A DNA stretch of 27,234 nucleotides, the filler included, from an uncultured virus (IMG/VR IMGVR_UViG_2049941000_000284) (taxonomy: Duplodnaviria > Heunggongvirae > Uroviricota > Caudoviricetes). It is 13 parts of one record of this genome, joined end to end, with 100 filler letters (N's around TTAATTAATTAA, not from the genome) between each part and the next. Parts side by side here need not be neighbours in the genome. Positions count along the whole stretch, not along the records: positions 16,860 to 18,405 come from IMGVR_UViG_2049941000_000284; positions 18,506 to 19,408 come from IMGVR_UViG_2049941000_000284; positions 19,509 to 20,862 come from IMGVR_UViG_2049941000_000284; positions 20,963 to 21,482 come from IMGVR_UViG_2049941000_000284; positions 21,583 to 22,580 come from IMGVR_UViG_2049941000_000284; positions 22,681 to 24,269 come from IMGVR_UViG_2049941000_000284; positions 24,370 to 25,984 come from IMGVR_UViG_2049941000_000284; positions 26,085 to 26,975 come from IMGVR_UViG_2049941000_000284; 5 more parts are not named here. One strand, 5' to 3'. Below, one piece after another: positions 17,766-27,234 of this stretch; positions within the stretch are counted from its first letter, which is position 1, and the number at the start of each line of letters is the position of its first letter. A program made the position numbers and the translations under genes. Under the pieces are notes generated by a model. The model saw only the letters and a program-made list of their open reading frames with translations, was not told where the DNA came from and searched no databases.

Positions 17766-17812
17766 TTCTATTATTATGTGTTATAATAGGTTGCAAAGGA
17801 GAAAAAATTAAT

Positions 17813-17910
17813 ATGCAAAAGTTAAGATTTGTAAACGCAAACGGTGTAGAACTTGATTTGACAAGCGGATATTACGGAATAACAAAATGGAATGGTTTTT
17901 CTAATGCAAA
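17813..17910 (+). CDS. Distal tail protein (Dit) N-terminus
   Basis: MQKLRFVNANGVELDL..YGITKWNGFS; AAGGAG RBS; preceded by TGTTATAAT at 17779-17787. Confidence 0.75.
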
Positions 17911-17921
17911 NNNNNNNNNNA

Positions 17922-18405
17922 AACTTTGTTACCGGCATGAAGTCGGGACTGAAGAAAATTGGCGGTGAATATAACGACATCATAGATAATACAGAAGCAT
18001 TAAATACCGTATTATATAATGTCGGTGAAACTGTTGTAAATGTTGTAGCCGTAGCGTTCGAGGATACATTTACTGCGTTGGGTGAAGAACTTGTTGCAGG
18101 TGGAAACGCTTGGGAGAATATGACAGCGATTGCTCTTGACGGTGTTGCTCAGGTATTACAGGCATTAGGACAGCAGTTACTTGCGTTGAGTGCTGCTCGT
18201 GCCGCAAATTATGATTACGGAACTGCTGCAATGGCTGCTGCAGGTGCAGCGGCCGCATTCGTTGCAAGTGGTGCAATAAGTGCGGTTGCAAGTCAGATGA
18301 AGGAAGCCGCTGATGAAGCTGCAAACGTTGTATCATCAATTAATACATTAAAACAGAAATTGAACGAAATTAAAAATCAGGCTTCATTTGAATCAATGTA
18401 TTCTG
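17922..18405 (+). CDS. Tape measure protein internal fragment (misplaced)
   Basis: Ala/Gly-rich helical ORF AAMAAAGAAAAFVASGAI. Confidence 0.75.
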
Positions 18406-18505
18406 NNNNNNNNNNNNNNNNNNNNNNNNNNNNNNNNNNNNNNNNNNNNTTAATTAATTAANNNNNNNNNNNNNNNNNNNNNNNNNNNNNNNNNNNNNNN
18501 NNNNN

Positions 18506-18589
18506 GGTGAAAATGAAATAGTATTAAATTGTGATAGTGGTTATATTAATGCTATAATGACATATAGACAGTGCTACGCCGGCGTATAA
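18506..18589 (+). CDS. Distal tail protein C-terminus
   Basis: GENEIVLNCDSGYINAIMTYRQCYAGV* fits the typical G.N.I...Y..Y.GV ending. Confidence 0.7.
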   Translation, partial: GENEIVLNCDSGYINAIMTYRQCYAGV

Positions 18590-18634
18590 AAGCACGGGTG
18601 GTTATTCCACCCATTTATTTTGGAGTATAGAAAA

Positions 18635-19080
18635 ATGAAACCAATTATAAAATTATTCGATAAAACATTCACACTTGTTGCAATTATTGATGATTATCAG
18701 GGTGCAAGTTTTGAGCATAATCTTTATCAGGCAGGAACTTTCACAATCACAATTAATTACAATATTCCTAACGCTAAACTATTCGAGCGTGGTTTATTCG
18801 TTCAGTTTGGTGATAATCCTTACGATTTTGGTGAAATTATTTCAGTCAATAATACAATCGGCTCTGACGGCAAGGGTTCTGAGTTTATTAATGTTACAGG
18901 ATATGACGCTAGATACTTATTCAAGCGAAGAGTTATTAAGAATCTTAATAATAATGACACTTGGAGCATGACGGCAAAGGGTGAACTCTGTATGCGTAAT
19001 CTTGTTGCTGACCAGTGCGGAATTAATGCAGAAACAAAACGACAACTTCCGATTATAAATACAATACCGCTTGCAGCCAA
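18635..19080 (+). CDS. Baseplate hub/minor tail protein (ReqiPepy6 Gp37-like), N-terminal part
   Basis: LVAIIDDYQ..SFEHNLYQAGTFTITI, GEII, VTGYD..YLFKRRVI. Confidence 0.8.
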
Positions 19081-19091
19081 NNNNNNNNNNT

Positions 19092-19408
19092 GACAGTCAT
19101 AGTCATGTTTATGAAACTACAGATTTTGAAAGTTATACTGAAATATTAACCGAATATAAAACGGAGAATACAGTTGTTCAGAATATTATTTGTCTTAATA
19201 ATGAATTTTTCTTTAGTACTGCAAATAATAATACTTATGAAGGCAAACTATATAAAGGTTATGCTTCACCGGTTGTAGTTAATGAAGGGTCGAATCTTTA
19301 TCTCACTGGGTGTTATGCTAATAATAAGTACGTTATTAATTATTATGAATTTGATGAAAATCATGTATTGATTCCGAAATCAATAACAACTGATTTTGAA
19401 GAATATAA
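19092..19408 (+). CDS. Beta-propeller-like tail protein fragment
   Basis: VYETTDFESYT ... SITTDFEEY repeated blade-like motif; AT-rich. Confidence 0.5.
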
Positions 19409-19508
19409 NNNNNNNNNNNNNNNNNNNNNNNNNNNNNNNNNNNNNNNNNNNNTTAATTAATTAANNNNNNNNNNNNNNNNNNNNNNNNNNNNNNNNNNNN
19501 NNNNNNNN

Positions 19509-19766
19509 GAAGATTGTACTGTAAAATGGGCAGAAGCTGTGAAATCATTATCCGGCCGTGAACTTACCGCTATTGATTTTGTTGATACAAAAATTATCAG
19601 TAACATTAAAGAACGAACTCCTGTTCGTTTTGATTACAATGGGAAAAGTCACTGGGTAGGCGTTGAAAACGGCAAGGTTTGTTTTAATCCGCTTGTTTAT
19701 TCTAATTGTGTTTCAAACGGACGCCCCGCAAGTAAGCGTGTATTACATATTAAAGGAGTAAATTAA
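19509..19766 (+). CDS. Putative papain-like (C39/DUF261-like) peptidase C-terminus; candidate lysin
   Basis: SHWVGVENGKVCFNPL fits H-W-V...(D/N)P; directly upstream of a holin-like gene with TAATG overlap. Confidence 0.45.
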   Translation, partial: EDCTVKWAEAVKSLSGRELTAIDFVDTKIISNIKERTPVRFDYNGKSHWVGVENGKVCFNPLVYSNCVSNGRPASKRVLHIKGVN

Positions 19767-19990
19767 TGAAGGAAGAAAAAGAAAAATTATCATCTGCAAA
19801 AGTGATGAGTAAAATCTTCAAAGTTATTTCTGTACTCGGAATTATTATCTGTCATGTTTTCAAGTGGTGTGGAAAACTGGAAGCCCCTAGCGGTGAAATC
19901 TGTTTCATGTGGGCTGTTGTCTATGGACTTGGTGCCGGAACAATCGACTTTAATATTATGCTCGATAAGTTTAGAAAATCGGAGGAGTAA
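19766..19990 (+). CDS. Putative holin
   Basis: 74 aa, two hydrophobic segments, charged termini, AAGGAG RBS. Confidence 0.6.
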   Translation: MKEEKEKLSSAKVMSKIFKVISVLGIIICHVFKWCGKLEAPSGEICFMWAVVYGLGAGTIDFNIMLDKFRKSEE

Positions 19991-19993
19991 TAA

Positions 19994-20135
19994 ATGACAG
20001 TTTATTTAATCATCGGCGGAATTATTATAATATTATCTGCGCTTGTGTTTATTCTTGTAGTTGTTATTAAAGATAACTTGAAGCAGATAAAAGAATTAAA
20101 GCATGATAATAAAATCCTTAGTGATAATGTCATGT
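19994..20135 (+). CDS. N-terminal TM plus coiled-coil protein, i-spanin (Rz)-like; partial
   Basis: MTVYLIIGGIIIILSALVFILVVVIKDNLKQIKELKHDNKIL; GGAGGAG RBS. Confidence 0.55.
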
Positions 20136-20145
20136 NNNNNNNNNN

Positions 20146-20862
20146 CAACTGATTTTGAATCTTTGGCGAACGGCAATTATAAAGACAGTTCAGAAAGTTT
20201 TGCAAATAGTATTTATATTGGTGGAAAAGGGACAGGATCAGAGCGGGACATCTACGAAGGTGAAGACGGAACTCCAGAAGGAATAGACAGATTTGAGGCT
20301 TACGATAATCAGTCCAGCATGACAACAGAAGATGAATATGAAGCTGAAGCTCTTTCTATGCTCAACCAGTACGGGCAGACTGTAAGTATGAGCGGGGCGG
20401 GTCTTGCTAAGTGTCCTTATATCTTCCGTGAACAGTATAATATCGGCGACATTATAAAATTAAGTTTTAGCGGAAAATCTGCAAGCGTTCAGATATTAAG
20501 CGTAACTGAAGTTTGGCAGTGGAACAGATACGGCATAACCTTTAATTTCGGAAAGCCTGTAAACACAATTAACGAACAGCTTAATTTAATGCTTAGAAAA
20601 ATTCAGGAAGCAAGTAACAAAAATGAGGCTTGTGAATCTGTAAAATGGTATAATGTTGCAACAGATACGGCACAGAGTGCAAGTGAAGTTATATTCAATA
20701 CAATTGGATTTACAGGTGCAATCCCTAGCGGTGGCAGAACATTCACATTATACCGTGACGATGAAGGAACGGGTGCAAAAAGTTATACGATTTATACGAA
20801 AAATCTCACTGGAAGTGATAATCTTACAATTACAACCGGAGTTGAAGGAGCAACCAACTTCG
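20146..20862 (+). CDS. Gp37-like hub protein, C-terminal part with extension
   Basis: NSIYIGGKGTGSER, GIDRFEAYD, YIFREQYNIGDII, ILSVTEVW, FGKP. Confidence 0.8.
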
Positions 20863-20999
20863 NNNNNNNNNNNNNNNNNNNNNNNNNNNNNNNNNNNNNN
20901 NNNNNNTTAATTAATTAANNNNNNNNNNNNNNNNNNNNNNNNNNNNNNNNNNNNNNNNNNNNAATAAGCGGGATAATAATTCCTAGAAAGTCGATAATA

Positions 21000-21234
21000 T
21001 TATTTAATTTTTTCGGTAATCGCATTTTTTGTAACCTCTACTTCTCCATTTTTTGTTTCGTGCCATATCTCAGAAATACCGCCATGTTCAATAACAAAAT
21101 TATGCCAGGCGATTTGCCCGGGCTTTAATCTGTCATTTACGGTTTTTTCTTCAATACTTGTAAATACGGCAATAGTTTGCCCTATCATGTCGGCCGTTAT
21201 TTCTACAGGTGTAAAACCTATTCTATCTATCTCC
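21000..21234 (-). CDS. VRR-NUC (PD-(D/E)xK) nuclease, 5'-partial
   Basis: D.IGFTPVEITADMIGQTIAVFTSIEEKT..RLKPGQIAW..V..HGG. Confidence 0.8.
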
Positions 21235-21244
21235 NNNNNNNNNN

Positions 21245-21472
21245 TTAATATCAATACTTGTTGCAACTACAAGCTGAACGCCTAAGAAAACCATAAACCA
21301 TACAATAAGCGGAATAATACGGCGCTCTTTAATTGCGTTAGGAATAGCGTTGAAAATATCTTCTGCAGTAAGTGTGTTTTTTGTCGCATTCTGTTCTGTG
21401 TGTTTAAGTCGTGCTTCATAATCGGCTTCTAACTTCTGCAGGCGGTTCTGTTCAAACTGTATCTGTGCATTT
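21245..21472 (-). CDS. Coiled-coil plus C-terminal TM protein fragment
   Basis: Open frame NAQIQFEQNRLQKLEADYEARLK...IIPLIVWFMVFLGVQLVVATS. Confidence 0.5.
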
Positions 21473-21582
21473 TATTCCTGCANNNNNNNNNNNNNNNNNN
21501 NNNNNNNNNNNNNNNNNNNNNNNNNNTTAATTAATTAANNNNNNNNNNNNNNNNNNNNNNNNNNNNNNNNNNNNNNNNNNNN

Positions 21583-22309
21583 GCAAGATTTTACCGATAT
21601 AGAAACAACCGTTTTTAAGCTGTTCAATATTGTAGCCGGTCTGAAGTCCGCAGAGTGTACGAATAACAAGATTTCTTGCCTTAATATTTGCTTTTGCTTC
21701 TGCAAACTTCATTTCTGACGCAAGGTGTGCAAGGCGTTTTGCCTGACTGTCATATTTACAAGCCTGCTGTTTATTGTAAGCAGTATAAAGTTTTATTCCG
21801 TTACTTGATACAGTTACATTCTTGTAGTTGTCTGTTGCACTTTCTTCTTTTGTCCAGAGTTCATTACAGCGTTCAAAAACGTTATAAACTACTACAGCAG
21901 GGTCGCTTATTCGTTCTGTTCCGTCCTCCTGTAATACTGAGCCCTGTTTTACAACTTCGTAACCAACGGGATAGTTTACAAGCTGCGGCGGTGCAGAATA
22001 ATTCAATGTAATACGGTTCCAGTCTACAAGCTGAATAATCTGCTTCTGTGTTCCGTTATCAAGCCCTGATACACCGCGTGCATCTGCAATACGGCTCAAT
22101 AAATTAACAGTCGGCATATACATAACATTTGGATATGTTGCAACTACGCTCCAATCTTCATTACTTTCTTTGCCGTTAGGAACAGAAAAAGGAATAGATA
22201 CAATCGTTGCGGAATAGATTTCTGGCAATGATTCCAATGCTTCAAGGCTTACCAATACACTAGGGTCGCCTGGCTTAGCGCTTTTAATACGCTTCATTAC
22301 TTCTTTGTT
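21583..22309 (-). CDS. Conserved phage protein, possible ssDNA-annealing recombinase; partial
   Basis: Long ORF with a FAEAKANIKARNLVIRTLCGLQTGYNIEQL helix motif reminiscent of annealing proteins; replication-module context. Confidence 0.45.
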
Positions 22310-22319
22310 NNNNNNNNNN

Positions 22320-22535
22320 GTTGCGTGTGCAGTTACAAACTGATAATTACAGTAAGGACAATTTGACGCAATACGAGGAACAGGGCGCTGACAATTAGGG
22401 CAACGCTTTAAGGTTGATTTTTCCTGTATCTTCTTTTTCGCTTTTGGTTTTAGGCTCCATTCCCTTTCATCATCTGGAAGTCCGTGACGTGTATAATTAC
22501 TTGAAAAATCTAATATAATCGCACGTTTTTTGCCG
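22320..22535 (-). CDS. SF2 (RadD/YejH-like) DNA helicase C-terminal fragment
   Basis: GKKRAIILDFSSNYTRHGLPDDEREWSL...CPNC...CPYCNYQF; not in the ORF track. Confidence 0.85.
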
Positions 22536-22680
22536 CCGGCTTGAATTGCTGCAAGTCTGCCTTCACGGTAAAAAATCAGGNNNNNNNNNNNNNNNNNNNN
22601 NNNNNNNNNNNNNNNNNNNNNNNNTTAATTAATTAANNNNNNNNNNNNNNNNNNNNNNNNNNNNNNNNNNNNNNNNNNNN

Positions 22681-23375
22681 TCTGCTTGTCAATACCTGAG
22701 TTTTTCTCTTCTGTAATTAAATTACGAAGATTAAACTTAAAATCTTCTGTTACTGGAGTAAAACGCAATGGTGACATACAAGGCGCAACAATACTAAGAG
22801 CAGGTACATTGCCATTCTGTTCTGCAGGGACATCTTTAAGAATGTGCGTTTCGAGTTCTTCTTTAGTCCAGCCGTCTTTGATTGCGTCGGCTAAGTCCCA
22901 CCCCTGTTCTACATCACTAGGCGGATAAATTAAATGTACTTTAGTGTCAGGAAGTAATTTATTTATTTTTTCGATTGCCTGTCTGCCTGGAGTGTCTGCG
23001 TCAAACGCAAAATAAACTTCACGACCGATTAAACCTGATAAATCAGAGAGTCCGATAGATTTTGCACCACCGTACCAACCGACAACTACCCATTCAGTTA
23101 ATATGTCCTTAATTATTCCCGCTACTTTCTGCCCTTCAACAAGTAATACTCTTGCGTTAGGTTTTTCAATAAGTGAACGTGAATTATAAAGCGGATATTT
23201 AACCCCGTGCAATGCTTTACATCGCCATTCATAATTTTTTGCGTTACTGAATAATGTATAAGGGTAGTCTGTTTTAGAATCGCCCTTCATTATGCGTACT
23301 ACCCACATAACCGGAAGCCAGTTATCGCCATGTTTTAATTCCAACGGCCAGCGTGCTATTTCATTTTTCTGAATG
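22681..23375 (-). CDS. Primase Toprim domain fragment
   Basis: YPLYN, VLLVEGQKVA, WYGGA, FDADTPG, QGWDLADA. Confidence 0.88.
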
Positions 23376-23385
23376 NNNNNNNNNN

Positions 23386-23586
23386 AAACTTTTCGTTTTC
23401 TTCTGCATTTGGTGTATTTTCAAGCCATGCAAGCATATTTACTGCACTGTCTTTTTTGTCGCTTGGTACAAGATTAAATTCAAGATATTTTCCAATCTTT
23501 CGGATAACTGTATCACGATCAAGAACAGTTACGGCTTCAGTCGGTGTTTCAATTAATGTTTCGCTTGGCGTTACATCTTCGGGGAT
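23386..23586 (-). CDS. Hypothetical protein internal fragment
   Basis: Open frame IPEDVTPSETLIETPTEAV...MLAWLENTPNAEENEKF. Confidence 0.45.
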
Positions 23587-23596
23587 NNNNNNNNNN

Positions 23597-24269
23597 TTTT
23601 TCTTAATATTTCTGCATACTTTTCAGGGCGTTCGACTTTTAAGCGCCTTAAATATTCTCTTGCTACTTCCCTTTGATGTTCTTTATATCCCGGGCGTGCT
23701 TTTGCTTTTAGGTAGTGTTCATGCGCTCTTTGCTTGTCGCTTCTATATGTTGCGTATTTATTTACTTTTCCGCATTCTTCCATTTTATCAAGTATTTTTG
23801 ACTTCAAGATTGCTTGTGTAAGCCTTAGTCGTGTAAGTTCTGGCTTTCCGTTTACAGTTCCTCCTAAACTATTAAATACTGAAATAATATTTAAAGGTAC
23901 GCGTGCAATATTATCAGGGTGAAAATTGCGTGTATTTCCATCAAGAAAAATATAATTTGCTCTTGTAGTTGAACATATTTCATATTCTTCCGGGTGTGTT
24001 TCCATGTATACCCATTTCGCTTTACTTACCCATACATTCGGCTGCGCGATCTTGATTCTCACATATCCTTTTTTAATCTGTTCAGAATATAATGGGCGTG
24101 GGGCCCGGCTAAACTTAGGATTATAGCATGGGCCCGCAGCGCCCATGCGTGAGCGCTGGTTACAAAATGCTATGCGTGTAACATCTTTTATATCCGGATA
24201 TGTTTTCAAAAATAATTCGTATGCTTCGCCAGGAGTCATGCCCTTAGTTGTTTTAAGCCATTCGTTTAT
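23597..24269 (-). CDS. HNH-endonuclease-like protein, partial
   Basis: GYVRIKIAQPNVW..K.KWVY...IFLDGNTRNFHPDNI. Confidence 0.75.
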
Positions 24270-24369
24270 NNNNNNNNNNNNNNNNNNNNNNNNNNNNNNN
24301 NNNNNNNNNNNNNTTAATTAATTAANNNNNNNNNNNNNNNNNNNNNNNNNNNNNNNNNNNNNNNNNNNN

Positions 24370-24644
24370 GCAACTGTCCCAACTTTATAAGTGTCCGCTT
24401 CCTTCCACCAGTATAATGGTGCTGTGATACATACCTGTACATGAATCATACGCAAGAACTTACAATGCGGCTCTCCATTTTTTACAAGAGTTTCTGCAAG
24501 CTTTAAGTCTTTTTCTCCAATATAATTTATATTAAAATTACTGTCTGACTTACTGATTGCTTCATTCATATCTTTACACATCGGAAGCCGCATTCCAATA
24601 ATGGCATTTTTTAAGCCTGTTATTTCTGTATTTTCAAACTTCAT
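24370..24644 (-). CDS. Phage ThyX-like (flavin-dependent thymidylate synthase-related) protein, 3'-partial
   Basis: AIIGMR.P, IGEKDL.L, H.KFLRMIHV...ITAPLYWWKEADTYKVGTV. Confidence 0.7.
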
Positions 24645-24805
24645 TCTTCAACCCCTATAATTATATATTTTCCATTTCCGTTACGAATTAATCTAACGTT
24701 TATTATTTCTTTTAGTTTTTCACCCTCTAATATATAACATTTGGATAAACTGCTTCCGTCATGCGCTATATTCTGCAACTTGTCGCCTAATTCCTGTACT
24801 GTCAT
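24641..24805 (-). CDS. 54-aa hypothetical protein (MTVQELGDKLQN...)
   Basis: Translationally coupled to both neighbours (TAATG and ATGA overlaps); GAGG RBS. Confidence 0.65.
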   Translation of the reverse strand: MTVQELGDKLQNIAHDGSSLSKCYILEGEKLKEIINVRLIRNGNGKYIIIGVEE

Positions 24806-25056
24806 TATTCTTCCTCGTCTATATGATTTTTATATTTCTCTTTTGTTTTTTTATACCAGGTCAATGTTGTTCTTTCATTATTCTGCTGATAATAAGAAAA
24901 ATGTGTAAGGTGATATGTTCTACATTTAGTACAATAATAACTTCGTAATGGAATGCGTTTCTTTGCACTTTTTCGTTTTGCCGCGTGCATTGCATTATTC
25001 GCTTCTTTCTTACTGTAACAACGTTTCCCTGTCGCTTCACAATAATTATATTCCAT
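24805..25056 (-). CDS. Small basic zinc-finger protein
   Basis: C..TGK.CYSKKEA...R.YYCTKCRTYHLTH. Confidence 0.7.
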   Translation of the reverse strand: MEYNYCEATGKRCYSKKEANNAMHAAKRKSAKKRIPLRSYYCTKCRTYHLTHFSYYQQNNERTTLTWYKKTKEKYKNHIDEEE

Positions 25057-25102
25057 TAATCCCACCCCTTTAACTCTGCTACAATCTTTTTTNNNNNNNN
25101 NN

Positions 25103-25982
25103 ATAACGCAACTTGCCGTTTTCTACCTTGCTGAGCTGTTTAAGTCCGCAATCTTCCATTGCCCGTAAGCATGACTTTTGACTTATGCGCATTTTATAGC
25201 CATAATCCCAGCACAACTTTTCAACATCTGCCTGAAGTAACTCATCGCCAACACTCGCCGCTGGTCTTGAACTGTCGCCGTAAAGCCACAACTTAATAAC
25301 TTTACAACAAGCTTCATAATCAGAATATGTTATCAAGGCTTCGTTTCTAAGTTCTTCCATAAGTGCTTCAAGTTCTGGACTAAACCTTGTAGCCTCTCGT
25401 ACTTCTGTTGTCGTCATTGTGTCTGCAAGCCGTGTGTAATGAGCATGAAGCCGTCTTATAAAAGTCTGCCCTTCTTCGCTTGAACAGAAGTCCATATCAA
25501 CCGATTTTATTTTAACAGGGTCCCAACGGCGGGTACNNNNNNNNNNTTGGGAACTGTTGTTCAACATACTTAATATCAACGTTTACGCTTGTCTGTGAAA
25601 TAAAAGATTTTACCTGTTCTACATCATCGGCATTTTTCATTACTTTCATTTCACCGATTTCTACAAGCAATTTACCGCGTACCTTTTTTACTGTTTCGGC
25701 TGCTCCGAACTTTGCTTTAAGTCCTGAACCTAAGTCAGTATAAAGGTCGTTATCCATAGCAAGCCAGCGTACAAGGGTAGTTTTACCGATACCCTGTCCA
25801 CCTGCAAGAATAGGTACAATATCGTTTTCCATTAAGCCGTAATATGAGCCGTCCTCGTGACGTCTAGTTCCGTTAATATGACCGTGCATTTTAAGAAAAA
25901 ACTTATGCCATAATTCTTTATAGCATTTAATTGTGTTTTCTTTTCGCTCTTCATAATCTTCTATATCTTCGCCGTCATAACG
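25103..25982 (-). CDS. VapE/VirE-type P-loop helicase domain (primase-helicase), gapped
   Basis: Walker A ILAGGQGIGKTT, Walker B VEIGEM, VKSFISQT, TRRWDPV. Confidence 0.85.
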
Positions 25983-26084
25983 AANNNNNNNNNNNNNNNN
26001 NNNNNNNNNNNNNNNNNNNNNNNNNNNNTTAATTAATTAANNNNNNNNNNNNNNNNNNNNNNNNNNNNNNNNNNNNNNNNNNNN

Positions 26085-26975
26085 TTTAAGGTCGTTCTTT
26101 TCACTTAATTTTTTGTCGTTTTCGTCTTTAAGTGCTTTCTTTGCCTGGAACAGATTATTCTGCTTGTTATATTCAACTTCAGCAAGATCTTTGTCTGTAA
26201 GTGCTTTAACTACTGCATTATGCTTTTCAAGTTCAACGGTTTTAAGCTGTTCAACCTTATCTTTGCCTTCTGATAAGATTTCAATTCTTAACTGTGTATC
26301 TTTAATCTTGCTTTCAAGTTCAGATACTTTATTAAGACAATATTGCTTTTCTTCTTCACGGTTTATGCCCGCAATGTTCTGCACAATATCTCTTACTGTT
26401 GTCTGGCTTGCAGTCATAAGTCCCGATTCAGTCTTACCCTGTAACGGCTGTACGTAAAAACTTGTTGTAATGTAGTCATTTAATGCGCCGTATTCTTTTT
26501 CACATCTTGAGAAAAATTCATCAAAATTAGTTTTTTCAAGTGCAGGACGCCCCGCAATATTTAAGAAACATTCACATTTACCTTTGTTTAATAAAATAAT
26601 ATGTTCGTGTTCTGTCCCGTTTACCGTAATTATTTTATGGATTTTCCCGGTTTCATTTTTGAAAAAATCTTTAATTGCAGAGCTTCTTCCTGATTCTGTA
26701 TCTTTACCAACAAGAACCGGATAAGGAGTGCAGAACGATAGCACCGATGACTTACCGCTTCCGTTTTCGCCGATTATCTGTGTAAGCCCTGTAATATCAC
26801 TTAATTTAATATCAAGTTTTTTATCATGGAATAATACGCAGTTTTCTACTTCTACCGATTCAACGCGCACGGTACGGCTTAATCTGTCGCCCTGAGTGCG
26901 TGCCTTTTCGGCTTCGCTTAATTTTTCTTCCTGTGATTCTGTAATATTTGCGTCAAAAATACTTGCAATGTCAGC
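26085..26975 (-). CDS. SbcC/Rad50-like SMC ATPase with in-frame N-terminal extension; partial at both ends
   Basis: IIGENGSGKSS, Q-loop SFYVQ, then coiled coil; frame open 35 codons upstream of 26870 to the gap. Confidence 0.85.
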
Positions 26976-27075
26976 NNNNNNNNNNNNNNNNNNNNNNNNN
27001 NNNNNNNNNNNNNNNNNNNTTAATTAATTAANNNNNNNNNNNNNNNNNNNNNNNNNNNNNNNNNNNNNNNNNNNN

Positions 27076-27234
27076 ATTGTACGGCTCAAGTCTAAACTTC
27101 GGGTGTAAATATCCCGGACTTTCAAGCCTGATGTATGCTTCGCAGTCTTTTCTGCTTCCGTAAACTTCAAGACCCTTTTTCCATACTCCGTTATCTGTGC
27201 ATGGCCGGACCACCTGAAATAAACCCTCTTCTAC
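27076..27234 (-). CDS. Hypothetical protein fragment
   Basis: Open frame VEEGLFQVVRPCTDNGVWKKG... Confidence 0.4.

Noticed and set aside
18597..18628. GGGTGG-TTATT-CCACCC hairpin as a fourth anti-SD switch (UAUUCCA vs UGGAGUA)
   Set aside because: Only 7 bp with a G-U pair and partly buried in the stem; an ordinary terminator-like hairpin explains it
17050..20918. Track ORFs 17050-17478, 17729-17968, 19071-19460 and 20103-20918 as single proteins
   Set aside because: Each joins unrelated fragments across 10-N gaps
480..27031. TTAATTAATTAA recurring 12 times as a biological repeat or array
   Set aside because: Always centred in fixed-length N runs and contains stops in six frames; it is a concatenation linker. 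ORF ends reading '...LIN' are artefacts.
1..27234. Stop-codon reassignment, diversity-generating retroelement, tRNAs, integrase or repressor
   Set aside because: Genes read normally in code 11; no reverse transcriptase, TR/VR pair, tRNA cloverleaf or integrase motif was seen, though absence is uninformative given the gaps

Overview
This window is a heavily gapped draft assembly of a tailed (siphovirus-like) bacteriophage genome. It consists of 13 scaffolds joined by an artificial N44-TTAATTAATTAA-N44 linker, with many internal 10-N gaps, several mis-ordered fragments and some chimeric contig ends. The + strand carries the virion module: terminase small and large subunits, a Dam-like methyltransferase, an FmdB-type zinc ribbon, HK97-type portal, MuF, prohead protease, major capsid, decoration protein, head-tail proteins, major tail with an Ig-like extension, tail assembly chaperone with a -1 frameshift, tape measure, Dit, Gp37-like hub and a lysis cassette. 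The - strand carries replication and nucleotide-metabolism genes: a primase/Toprim/VapE-type helicase in pieces, an SF2 helicase, VRR-NUC, an SbcC/Rad50-like ATPase possibly fused to SbcD, a ThyX-like protein, dUTPase and HNH proteins. The least explained signal is non-coding. Three independent structured RNA elements (324-425, 1641-1725, 6600-6675) expose anti-Shine-Dalgarno-like sequences in hairpin loops; in the first two the loop is complementary to the RBS of the adjacent gene. This suggests an RNA-based translational control layer. A diderm, possibly spirochaete, host is inferred but not shown. All product calls come from motif recognition by eye; no database searches were run.
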